From NCBI GenBank assembly GCA_039028615.1, contig JBCCHT010000036.1:32001-96000 (forward strand): a stretch of DNA of 64,000 bases, written 5' to 3'. Positions 1 through 8,773 of the stretch are shown piece by piece (positions within the stretch are counted from its first letter, which is position 1; each line of letters begins with the position of its first letter). The position numbers and the translations under genes are program-made. The notes beneath the pieces were generated by a model, which saw only the letters and a list, made by a program, of their open reading frames with translations, ran no database searches and had not been told where the DNA came from. Origin of the DNA: Myxococcota bacterium (lineage in GTDB: Bacteria; Myxococcota_A; Polyangia; Nannocystales; Nannocystaceae).

Positions 1-27
1 CGAGACTTCTTCTGCCCCGACAGCTGA
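1..27 (+). CDS. Possible 3' end of an upstream gene (RDFFCPDS-stop), truncated by the window edge
   Basis: Frame 1 is open from base 1 to TGA at 25-27 and is followed by a + strand terminator-like hairpin. Too short to identify. Confidence 0.3.
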   Translation, partial: RDFFCPDS

Positions 28-33
28 GTGCAT

Positions 34-258
34 CTCAGTTCTCACGAACAGCGCCGTTCGAGCATGGCTCGGAGGGCGCTTTTCTTTTGTCGGAGGTGCG
101 GAGGGAGTCGTGGGGGTGGTCGAAGGACGTGGTGTGATGCCACGACTCCGCCTCCGAGAAGGAGAATCGACAATCTCGACCAAAGCCTCCGCACGCACTC
201 GGCAGAAGAAGAAACGCCCTCCGAGCCAAGCTCGAAGGGCGTTTTCTCGAGAACCGAG
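34..258. repeat. Long imperfect inverted repeat (~70-bp arms, 34-104 and 186-258); each arm contains a terminator-like hairpin
   Basis: Left arm CTCAGTTCTC..GCGCCGTTCGAGCATGGCTCGGAGGGCGCTTTTCTTTTGTCGGAGGTGCGGAGG matches the reverse complement of CCTCCGCACGCACTCGGCAGAAGAAGAAACGCCCTCCGAGCCAAGCTCGAAGGGCGTTTTCTCGAGAACCGAG. Confidence 0.8.
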
Positions 259-264
259 TCGCTC

Positions 265-3200
265 TCAGCCTTTGGTGCGATCGATGTCCGACAGCGGCGG
301 CAGCAACCGACGCAGCCAGTCATCCAGCATCACCAACCCCGAGATGCTCGGATTCGTCTCCGCCTGCTCATTGACCCGCTTCGCAAAGTCCCGAAGGTTC
401 GCCCGGTCGAGCATCCCCTGCACGTCGTCCCCTTCCACCATGCGCACCAGCTTGTGCACGTGGAAGTTGAGCTGACGCCGCATCGCCGCGACGGACGGGC
501 CGTCCCACGAGGAGTCCGGCTTCAGGCGGTCGATGGCCTGGTTGAGGAAGTTGAAGTTCAGGGCATCCGTGACCGAAAGGCGCAGCCACAGCATGTCCCG
601 CGCCTCGCGGCCGAGGATGGAGGCCAGGCGAACGGCGTCGAGCACCGGGGTCAGGTAGCGCAGGGTAACGATGCGCTGAGCGAGGCTGCGCGGCAGCCCC
701 AGCTTCTCGAAGCGCTCGAGGCGTCTGGCGGTACGGCCGCGAGATCCGGCCGGGAGCGCCTGCTCGACGTTGGCGAGCAGCTCCCGGACCTGCGAGGCCC
801 CCTCGGCATCGAGCTCGGGCATGCCGACCTGGTCGAGCAGATAGAAGGTCGCGTCCTCGAGCGAGTTCTGGATGAAGGCCATCGCCTCGTACACCGAGTT
901 GGTGCGGTGCTTGTCCTCGAGGGCGTACAGCTCCTTCTGGAGGGAGGCGAGGTCGGCGGCCCCGGCCGCGCGCAGGTAAGCCTCGGTGATCTCGCTGATC
1001 GACTTGAGCGTGCCCGTGCCCACCTCGGTGTAGAAGGTGCCGCCCATGTTGTCGACGATGTGGTTGACCACCATCGTGGTGGCAATCTCGCGACGCAGCA
1101 GGTGGCCCTGCACGGCCTCGGTGCCGGCCAGGTCGGTCACGCGGGCGGGGAAGTAGGCGGTGACGAAGTCGTCGACCATCTTCGCGGGCAGCGGGTCACC
1201 CTCGAGCAGCTCGCGGTAGGCGAGCATCTTGGCGTGCGAGCACAAGACCGAGGCCTCGCACTTGTACATGCCCAAGCCCTTGTGGACCCGGTTGAACAGC
1301 TCGTCATCGCCGGGCAACGAGAAGGCCTCGGGGTTGAAGGGCACGCGCTCGGCCAGCACGCCCATGGCCCGCGCGTAGCGGAACACGTCGACCTTGGAGC
1401 GCACGACGTCGAAGGACACCATGCGGCTCTGGGCGCGGTTGTTGGCCAGCACCATCTGCACGACCTCTTCCTCGCAGTCCTCGAGCAGGGTGTTGCGAGC
1501 GTCGCGAGTGGTGGCGGCCGCGGCCAGTAGCGGCGCGAAGAGGATCTTGATGTTGACCTCGTGGTCGGAGATGTCGACGCCGCCCGAGTTGTCGAGGAAG
1601 GCGTTGTAGTTGAGGCCGCCGCGACGGGCGTACTCGGCCCGGCCTCGGTCCGTGATGGCCAGGTTCGCGCCCTCGCCGAGCACCTTGCAGCGCAGGTCGC
1701 AGGCGTCCACGCGCACGCTGTCGTTGGCCTTGTCGCCGACCTCGGAGTTCGATTCCTCCTTGGCCTTGATGTACGTGCCGATGCCGCCCATCCACAGCAG
1801 GTCGACCTCGAGCTGGAGGATGGCCTGGATGACCTCGTCGCCGTTGACGGTCTTGTCGGCGGGCAGGCCGAGCAGCTCGCGGGCCTCGGCCGACAGCGGG
1901 ACTTCCTTGCTCTTGCGCGGGAAGACGCCGCCGCCGGGGCTGAGCACGTCGCCCGAGTAGTCCTCCCAGGTCGACCGCGGCATCTCGAACAGGCGCTTGC
2001 GCTCCTCGAAGCTCTTGGCCGGGTCGGGCGTGGGGTCGATGAAGATGTGGATGTGGTTGAAGGCGGCGACGAGCTTGACGGTACGGCTGCGCAGCAGGCC
2101 GTTGCCGAACACGTCGCCGCTCATGTCGCCCACGCCGACGGCACTGATGACGTCGGCCTCGGGGTCGACGCCCAGCTCGTTGAAGCAGCGACGGGTCACC
2201 TCCCACGCGCCGCGGGCGGTGATGCCGGTCTTCTTGTGGTCGTAGCCGTGGCTACCGCCCGAGGCGAAGGCGTCGTCGAGCCAGAAGCCGTGCTCGGCAC
2301 TGATCGCGTTGGCGGTGTCGCTGAGGTGGGCGGTGCCCTTGTCGGCCGCGACCACCAGGTACTGGTCGTCGTCTTCGCGGTGGCGAAGGATGCCCTTGGG
2401 GGTCACCGTCTCGCCCTCGACGACGTTGTCGGTCACCGACAGCAGCGCGCGGATGAACTTACCGTAGTAGTGGTCTCCGGCCTTGCGCAGGGCGTCGCGC
2501 TCGGTGGGCGGGTTGCGGAGCACGAAGCCGCCCTTGGCTCCCATGGGCACGATGAGCACGTTCTTGACCATCTGCGTGGCCATGAGACCGTGAATCTCGG
2601 TGCGGAAGTCGTCGGGGCGATCGGAGAAGCGCAGGCCGCCGCGAGCGACCTTGCCGCCCCGAAGGTGGACGCCTTCGAAGTCGGGGTGCGAGACCCAAAT
2701 CTCGCGGTAGGGCTTGGGCTCGGGACCAAAGGAGAGCCGACGCGCCGCGACCTTGAACGCCAGAGCTTCGCCCGCCGCTCGGTCGGCGACGTAGGCGTTG
2801 GTGCGCCGGGTCGCCCGGAACAGCTCAGCCACGGCCTGGAGCACGCGATCGGCGGTGTAGTCGGTGACCAGCCGCAGCTCCTTGGCCAGCGTGTTCTCGG
2901 TGGCTTCGGCCAGCTCGTCGGTCGCGATCTCGGGGTCGAAGCGCGCGGCCAGCCACTGCATGAGGGCAGAGGCAGCCAGCGGGTGATCGACCAGCGCGGA
3001 GCGAATGACGGCCGCGTCGAAGGGCAGCCGCAGCTGATGCATGTGCGCCACGTAGGCCCGCAGGACCTCGACGTCGCGCGCGGTCAGATCCGAGACGACG
3101 ATGAGCCGGTTGAGGTCGTCCTCGCCCGCCTTGCCCTCGAACACCTCGCCCAGGGCGGCCACGATGTTGGCCCGCCGCGCGAGCACGGGACCGATGCGCT

Positions 3201-5010
3201 CGGCCGCCAGCTCGAAGCGGAAGTTGTCCATGTCCACCGGAGGCAGGTGGGGTACCAGGATTTCCCGGCTGTACTCGTCGATGACCTCGAAGCCGAAGCC
3301 GCTGAGCACGGGCAGCTCGCGGCTGAGGTTGAGCGGGTCTCGCGAGAAGATGCGCAGGTTGAGCGACCCGGGGTGGTCGCCGAACTCGGAGCTGTACAGG
3401 TCGCAGGTGACCTCGGCCCCTTCGCGCAGGCTCTCGAGGCAGAGCACGTCGCCCTTGATCCGCGCCACGCTGCAGCGGCGCTTGTGCTCCTCGTTGAAGG
3501 CGTTCTCGTAGATCTCGAACAGCTCCTCGGAGCGGCCCTCGGGCGCCACCGACTCGACCGCTTCGCGCAGTCGATCGCCCCAGGTGCGCGCGTGGGCCAG
3601 GACCTTCTCGCGCAGTTCCTCGGTGTCCACCGCCCGCAGCGGCCCGACTCCGGTGACATAAAAGTGGATGACCGCGTTGTCGTAGCGATCGATATAGACG
3701 CCGTAGTCGGCGTAGCTGCCCCCGAGGTCCTGCAGCAGGACGTCCTGCACCTGCTGGCGCAGCTCTTCGGAGAACTGCCAGCGCGGCAGGGCCACGAACA
3801 CGAAGGCGAAGCGGCTGCCCTCGCCGATGCGAATGTGGACGTCACTGCCGCCCTCGGCCTCGGCCCGGAGGATGCGATCGGTGAGCTCCCAGACGCTCTC
3901 GGGCTCTTCGGAGAGCAGGTACTCGAGCGGCAGCGAGTTGAAGGCGTTGGTGATGTTCTTGCCGCGCTCGGACGATGCCGCGACCTGGCGGTCGTTGAGC
4001 ATGCCGTGCAGCACGGTGTGAATCACCGGGATCTGCTCGGGCGGAGTGTGCAGCGCCTTGTAGGTGAACAGGCCCTCGATGAAGACCGAGCCCACCGGGC
4101 TGCCGTCCTCGCCGAAGGTGGTGGCCACGAAGTAACCAGGCTTGCCCGCCCGGTGCACGGGCGACTCCTCGGAGCTGCGCTCGTAGCGAATGTGGCGGGT
4201 CTTGCCGGAGCCGGTGGCCTCGAGCAGCGCCTTGTCGCGCGGGGTCTTGCGGATGGTGCTGATGCCCAGCGACTGCAGCTGCTGGCCCGCGGTGTCGTAG
4301 CGCTCGACGGAGAACAGCACGAAGTTCTCGTCGCACAGCCAGCGCAGCAGCGACTCGGACTCGCGCACGGCCGCGGCGGCGTCGCCATGCAGATCGGAGG
4401 CGGCGGCGAAGTACGCATCGGCCACGTCTTCGATGACCGTGGACATGGGCGTGAAGTCGCGGACCATCGCCTGGGCCAAGGCGAGCCGGCCCTCGATGCG
4501 CTCGTGCAGTCCCTTGGGGATGCCGCCGCCGTCACGACCACCGCTGCTGCCCGGCGAGCTGGCCTCGATGCGCATCAGCGACTCGGCGTTGCCCGTGCCG
4601 ATGCCGGTCAGCTTGCCCGCCGGGTCGCGGCGCACTCGCACGATCGAGTTGACCGAGCGGCGAATCTCGTAGTGCTCGGCCGCAAGCGCGGCGCGCATCG
4701 TCGACACCAAGAACGGTTGGTCCTCGAGGCAGCTGACGATGACCAGGGTGTCGGTGTCCTCCTGGTACGAAAGGTCGACCTTGATCTCGCCCTTCTTGCG
4801 GAGGTTGAGCAGGCCCAGCATGTCCTCGAACTGATCGAGCAAGCGCGCGCTCGGGACCCCTCGCAAGTCGCGGACGTCCACCGAGCCCATGACCGCCTTC
4901 GCCAGCGCCACCAAGTGCTCGCGATCGGTGTCAGAATGCCGTGGTTCGAAGGTCTGGAGCTGTTGCTGGACCTCGCTGATGAGCCGACTCGTGAGCTGGC
5001 GGGGCGACAT
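265..5010 (-). CDS. gdhB: Large NAD-specific glutamate dehydrogenase (1581 aa)
   Basis: Motifs GVHLRGGKVARGGLRFSDR, VKNVLIVPMGAKGGF, YLVVAADKGTA, ASGGSHGYDHKK, GVGDMSGDVFGNG, DNSGGVDISDHEVNIKI. Confidence 0.95.
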   Translation of the reverse strand: MSPRQLTSRLISEVQQQLQTFEPRHSDTDREHLVALAKAVMGSVDVRDLRGVPSARLLDQFEDMLGLLNLRKKGEIKVDLSYQEDTDTLVIVSCLEDQPFLVSTMRAALAAEHYEIRRSVNSIVRVRRDPAGKLTGIGTGNAESLMRIEASSPGSSGGRDGGGIPKGLHERIEGRLALAQAMVRDFTPMSTVIEDVADAYFAAASDLHGDAAAAVRESESLLRWLCDENFVLFSVERYDTAGQQLQSLGISTIRKTPRDKALLEATGSGKTRHIRYERSSEESPVHRAGKPGYFVATTFGEDGSPVGSVFIEGLFTYKALHTPPEQIPVIHTVLHGMLNDRQVAASSERGKNITNAFNSLPLEYLLSEEPESVWELTDRILRAEAEGGSDVHIRIGEGSRFAFVFVALPRWQFSEELRQQVQDVLLQDLGGSYADYGVYIDRYDNAVIHFYVTGVGPLRAVDTEELREKVLAHARTWGDRLREAVESVAPEGRSEELFEIYENAFNEEHKRRCSVARIKGDVLCLESLREGAEVTCDLYSSEFGDHPGSLNLRIFSRDPLNLSRELPVLSGFGFEVIDEYSREILVPHLPPVDMDNFRFELAAERIGPVLARRANIVAALGEVFEGKAGEDDLNRLIVVSDLTARDVEVLRAYVAHMHQLRLPFDAAVIRSALVDHPLAASALMQWLAARFDPEIATDELAEATENTLAKELRLVTDYTADRVLQAVAELFRATRRTNAYVADRAAGEALAFKVAARRLSFGPEPKPYREIWVSHPDFEGVHLRGGKVARGGLRFSDRPDDFRTEIHGLMATQMVKNVLIVPMGAKGGFVLRNPPTERDALRKAGDHYYGKFIRALLSVTDNVVEGETVTPKGILRHREDDDQYLVVAADKGTAHLSDTANAISAEHGFWLDDAFASGGSHGYDHKKTGITARGAWEVTRRCFNELGVDPEADVISAVGVGDMSGDVFGNGLLRSRTVKLVAAFNHIHIFIDPTPDPAKSFEERKRLFEMPRSTWEDYSGDVLSPGGGVFPRKSKEVPLSAEARELLGLPADKTVNGDEVIQAILQLEVDLLWMGGIGTYIKAKEESNSEVGDKANDSVRVDACDLRCKVLGEGANLAITDRGRAEYARRGGLNYNAFLDNSGGVDISDHEVNIKILFAPLLAAAATTRDARNTLLEDCEEEVVQMVLANNRAQSRMVSFDVVRSKVDVFRYARAMGVLAERVPFNPEAFSLPGDDELFNRVHKGLGMYKCEASVLCSHAKMLAYRELLEGDPLPAKMVDDFVTAYFPARVTDLAGTEAVQGHLLRREIATTMVVNHIVDNMGGTFYTEVGTGTLKSISEITEAYLRAAGAADLASLQKELYALEDKHRTNSVYEAMAFIQNSLEDATFYLLDQVGMPELDAEGASQVRELLANVEQALPAGSRGRTARRLERFEKLGLPRSLAQRIVTLRYLTPVLDAVRLASILGREARDMLWLRLSVTDALNFNFLNQAIDRLKPDSSWDGPSVAAMRRQLNFHVHKLVRMVEGDDVQGMLDRANLRDFAKRVNEQAETNPSISGLVMLDDWLRRLLPPLSDIDRTKG

Positions 5011-5094
5011 GTGACACGAAACATCCCGCAGCCAATGGGGACATGCAACGTGCGGAACGCTTCATGCCATGAGTGAAGGGTCACGGGGCTACAA

Positions 5095-5646
5095 TCACGA
5101 ACGCCCACGCGAAATCACCACTCGGGGGCGCAACCTTTGCAAGGTGGCCGGACCGATGCCGCGGACCGACAGCAGGTCTTCGAACGCGGTGTAGGGGCGT
5201 CCTTGGATGATGCGCCGGGCAAGCACGGGACCGATGCGCGGCAAGCTGCTCAGCTCGGTTTCATCGGCGGCATCGAGTTCGACCGGCAACCCCAGCGTAG
5301 CCAGGTCTTCGGCCGACATGCGCTCCCAACCGTGTTCCGGGGTATGCGGCTCGACCCATGGCCGTGCACACAGCTGCGCGGTTCGGAGCGCGTCTCCAGA
5401 CATGATCGGCGATGCGGACTCCGGCCCGGTGCCCGGGCATAACGCCCCGGGCTCGCGGGGGAGTTCGTCGCCACAACGGAGTTCACCATCGACCAGGCCC
5501 GCGCGCTCGCAGGCCACCGCGACCGGGGCTGGGGGAACACCACCTACCTGCGACCACAGAGCAATCGCGGCCAGGATGATGACCAGCAGCCCGGGGATGG
5601 CGATCGCCCGGCGGGCTCGGCTCGCGAAGGCGCCCCGGCTCCGCAT
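5095..5646 (-). CDS. ComEA-like membrane-anchored helix-hairpin-helix DNA-binding protein
   Basis: N-terminal TM segment (IPGLLVIILAAIALW), Cys-containing middle, two C-terminal HhH motifs (LSSLPRIGPVLARRI, LLSVRGIGPATLQRL). Start is uncertain (ATG at 5646; ORF extends to 5730). Confidence 0.8.
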   Translation of the reverse strand: MRSRGAFASRARRAIAIPGLLVIILAAIALWSQVGGVPPAPVAVACERAGLVDGELRCGDELPREPGALCPGTGPESASPIMSGDALRTAQLCARPWVEPHTPEHGWERMSAEDLATLGLPVELDAADETELSSLPRIGPVLARRIIQGRPYTAFEDLLSVRGIGPATLQRLRPRVVISRGRS

Positions 5647-5803
5647 CACGCGTGCGCCCCCGACTGTGCCTCGAATGCGGCCATGCGCCCGCGCGATCGC
5701 CCAGAGCCGCTGTGCCCCACCGACGGGCACAGCCCATCACCAGACGCGCAGGGTCGCTCCCGTCCGGTCGGTAGACAAACGGCCGACGCGGCCGTGTCGT
5801 GGC

Positions 5804-7114
5804 TCAGCCGTCGCTTTGCGACGCGCGCTTGGGACCCTCGTGGAGCCCGAAGCCGTCGTGCAGACATCGCAGGGCCAGCTCGCCATAGCGCTCGCTGACC
5901 ACCACCGAGATCTTGATCTCGGAGGTGGAGACCATCTGGATGTTGATGCCCTCGCCGGCCAGCAGCTCGAAGGTCTTGGCGGCGACGCCGGCGTGGCTGC
6001 GCATGCCCACCCCGACCACCGAGACCTTGCAGATCTTCGGATCGGTGAGGATGGATGCCGGCCGCGCCCCCTCGGGGAACGACAGGTCGGTGAGCAACGA
6101 CTTGGCGCGATCGAGTTCGGCCTCGGGCACGGTGAAGGTCACGTCGGTGTGGCCCTCGTGCGCCGCGTTTTGAATGATCATGTCGACCACGATCCCCGCA
6201 TCGCCCAGGGCGCCAAAGAGCCCGGCGACGGTGCCGGGCCGGTCGGGGACCTGGGTGAGCGTGACCTTGGCTTCGTTGCGGTCGAGCGCGACCGCCGATA
6301 CCACCACGTCTTCCATGCTGGGCTCCTCGGGAACGATGAAGGTGCCCGGCCCTTCGTGCAGGCTGCTCCGCACGTGGACCGGGACTCCGTGCTTCATGGC
6401 CAGCTCGACGCTGCGACTTTGGAGCACCTTGGCTCCGAGGGCAGACAGCTCGAGCATCTCTTCGTAGCTGATGCGGTCGATCTTGCGGGCGTGCGAGACG
6501 ACGCGGGGGTCGGTGGTGAAGACGCCGTCGACGTCGGTGAGAATCTCGCAGACGTCGGCCTTCATGGCGGCGGCGAAGGCCACGGCCGAGGTGTCGGACC
6601 CGCCACGCCCCAGCGTGGTGATGTCGCCCGCCTCGTCGATGCCCTGAAAGCCCGCACACACCACCACGCGCCCGGCATCGACCTCGCGACGGATTCGCTC
6701 GTGGTCGATGTTCTTGATGCGGGCCCGCGTGAAGTTGCGGTCGGTCTTCATGCCCAGCTGATGCCCCACCAGCGACACCGCCTTGCCCCCCGCATCGACG
6801 ATGGCCATGGCGAGCAGCGAAGCGCTGACCTTCTCGCCCGTGGCCACCAGCTGATCGAGCTCGCGATCGTGGGTGCCCTCGCGTCGCTTGGCGACGACGT
6901 AGGGGTTCTTGCCGGCCGTGTTGCCCGACTGATCGTCGGGCTCGACCAGCGCATTGGCCAGCGCGATGAGCCGGTTGGTCTCGCCCGCCATCGCGGAGAC
7001 GATGACGACCACCTGGTGCCCTTGCTGGGCCAACTTCAGGCAGCGCGACGCACAGGCACGGATTCGATCGAGGTCGGCGACGGAAGACCCGCCGTATTTC
7101 TGGAGCACGAGCAT
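5804..7114 (-). CDS. lysC: Aspartate kinase with two ACT domains
   Basis: [12 protein letters not shown] start, [32 protein letters not shown]-terminal STSEIKIS. Confidence 0.95.
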   Translation of the reverse strand: MLVLQKYGGSSVADLDRIRACASRCLKLAQQGHQVVVIVSAMAGETNRLIALANALVEPDDQSGNTAGKNPYVVAKRREGTHDRELDQLVATGEKVSASLLAMAIVDAGGKAVSLVGHQLGMKTDRNFTRARIKNIDHERIRREVDAGRVVVCAGFQGIDEAGDITTLGRGGSDTSAVAFAAAMKADVCEILTDVDGVFTTDPRVVSHARKIDRISYEEMLELSALGAKVLQSRSVELAMKHGVPVHVRSSLHEGPGTFIVPEEPSMEDVVVSAVALDRNEAKVTLTQVPDRPGTVAGLFGALGDAGIVVDMIIQNAAHEGHTDVTFTVPEAELDRAKSLLTDLSFPEGARPASILTDPKICKVSVVGVGMRSHAGVAAKTFELLAGEGINIQMVSTSEIKISVVVSERYGELALRCLHDGFGLHEGPKRASQSDG

Positions 7115-7295
7115 GGGCGACCCGGTGCCCTTTGTACGGGCGCCCCTGCGGCGGTGTAAAGCACTCACCCGACACATCGACTTGTCGGCCCTCGAAGCGG
7201 ATCGTTGCGACCCGCCCGGGACATGAACACCCGCCACTGAACGCCCGCGCGAACGCGACGGACACCGACCGGGTTCACCGGTAAATCATCGGGGT

Positions 7296-7532
7296 TCAGC
7301 CCTTGTCGTCGGGGAACAGGCCGAGCTGCCGCAGGAATCGCTCGGGCATCCGCGGACGCCGACGACGAGCCTCTTGTTGAATCAGCAGCTCGATGCCCGC
7401 CCGACAGCTGCCACAGCCGCTGCCCGCATCGCAGGCCTCTCCGACCGCGTCGACGGTGCGAGCGCCCGCTCGGATGGCGGCCACGACCGCGCGCTCTTCG
7501 ACGAGCAGGCACTGACAGAGGATGCGCGACAC
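7296..7532 (-). CDS. Bfd-like [2Fe-2S]-binding small protein (78 aa)
   Basis: CxC near the N-terminus (LCQC) and AGSGCGSC, the Bfd-like Cys pattern. Confidence 0.8.
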   Translation of the reverse strand: MSRILCQCLLVEERAVVAAIRAGARTVDAVGEACDAGSGCGSCRAGIELLIQQEARRRRPRMPERFLRQLGLFPDDKG

Positions 7533-7701
7533 GTGCTGCTGGGATAGCCCACGGCTCCGGGCTCGTCCATGCCCAGGATCGAGCAGCGCGCCCGAATGCC
7601 ACCCCTGCGCACTCCTTCATACCCGACGCCCAAACCGGGCGCCCTAGGCGCAATGCGGGACGTGGGCTCGGCCGAGCCGCGTAACGAGTGTTCGGCGGGA
7701 A

Positions 7702-8703
7702 TCAGCTCCCGGGGCGCACCAGCTCGGGCATCTCGTCCAGCAGCGAGATGAAGCCGACCTGGGACCGACCCTCGACATCGGGACGACTAAGGCTGATCTG
7801 AGCCTTGGCCACGGGACCGACCGTCGACCTGACTTGATCGGCGGGCAGGTGGTAGCCGACCTCCTTGTCGGTGAGCACCACCTCGAAGTCGACGTCCGAC
7901 GACAGCTCCTCGAGCATTCGCGTGGCCATCCACTCGAAGGCTTCGTCGTCGGAGATGGAGGTTTGGACCTGATCCAGGGGTTGGATGTCGACGTCGGTGA
8001 GCCGCAAGTCGCGAAGCAGACCGTCGCGGTGCACCGTGATCTGGAACTCGGAGTTCAGCACGGGGATACCGTCGACCACGCGGTTGTAGATGAACACGAA
8101 GTCGAGCACCGTGACCACGGAGTTCTCGGCGTCCGCGGGAACGTACGTCCGCCGACTGAGCCCCGCGCCCGTGAGCGCATAGTCGGCATCGGGGATGGCC
8201 CCCGCACCACACAGCTCGCCCAAGATCTCGTCGGCCCGCATCCTCGCTCGCTCGGCCCCGATGCCGTCGTCCAGCTCGCCCTGCGCGTTCAACATCTCGT
8301 CGATGGTCGGATTGCGGATACCGTAGTCCCGGATGTGCACAGAAGCGAAGTACGGATCGTAGCGGACCGAGAGATCGGGGTACCGGGAAAAGGGCGTATC
8401 CGAGTACGTGGATTCGCTGTCGACGGCCAACGCCTCGGTGGCCCACGCCCGGGCCTGGGTCTCGGACACCACGACCCCGGCCATGGTGCTCGCCGCGGCC
8501 ACGACGTGGGCCGTGAGCGAGTCGACGTCCCACTCGGGGCGAGTCAGCTGCACCATGCGGACGGGAGCCTGGGCGGGAATGGAAAAATCCTCGACCTCGG
8601 TGTCCAGCTCGTGCTGCGACCAAGGGATCGGCTCGTCGACGACGGTCACGTCGTTGCATGCCGACAGCGTCAGCGCGGCCAGGAGGCTGAGAAGCAATCG
8701 CAT
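7702..8703 (-). CDS. Hypothetical lipoprotein with a propeptide-like (FTP/PepSY or YcdB/YcdC-like) region
   Basis: Lipobox MRLLLSLLAALTLSAC, AGGAGG upstream, internal FIYNRVVDGIPV..ITVHRDG and ISDDEA. Confidence 0.7.
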   Translation of the reverse strand: MRLLLSLLAALTLSACNDVTVVDEPIPWSQHELDTEVEDFSIPAQAPVRMVQLTRPEWDVDSLTAHVVAAASTMAGVVVSETQARAWATEALAVDSESTYSDTPFSRYPDLSVRYDPYFASVHIRDYGIRNPTIDEMLNAQGELDDGIGAERARMRADEILGELCGAGAIPDADYALTGAGLSRRTYVPADAENSVVTVLDFVFIYNRVVDGIPVLNSEFQITVHRDGLLRDLRLTDVDIQPLDQVQTSISDDEAFEWMATRMLEELSSDVDFEVVLTDKEVGYHLPADQVRSTVGPVAKAQISLSRPDVEGRSQVGFISLLDEMPELVRPGS

Positions 8704-8773
8704 GGAAACGTCGCCTCCTTCATTAGGCCCCGGCTGGCCACGATTGGACAGCAAAACCGTCCAGCTCCGGATT

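Noticed and set aside
28..5076. Long + strand ORFs (500 aa and 1171 aa) opposite gdhB
   Set aside because: Antisense shadows produced by high-GC codon bias. The minus-strand protein has all the family motifs.
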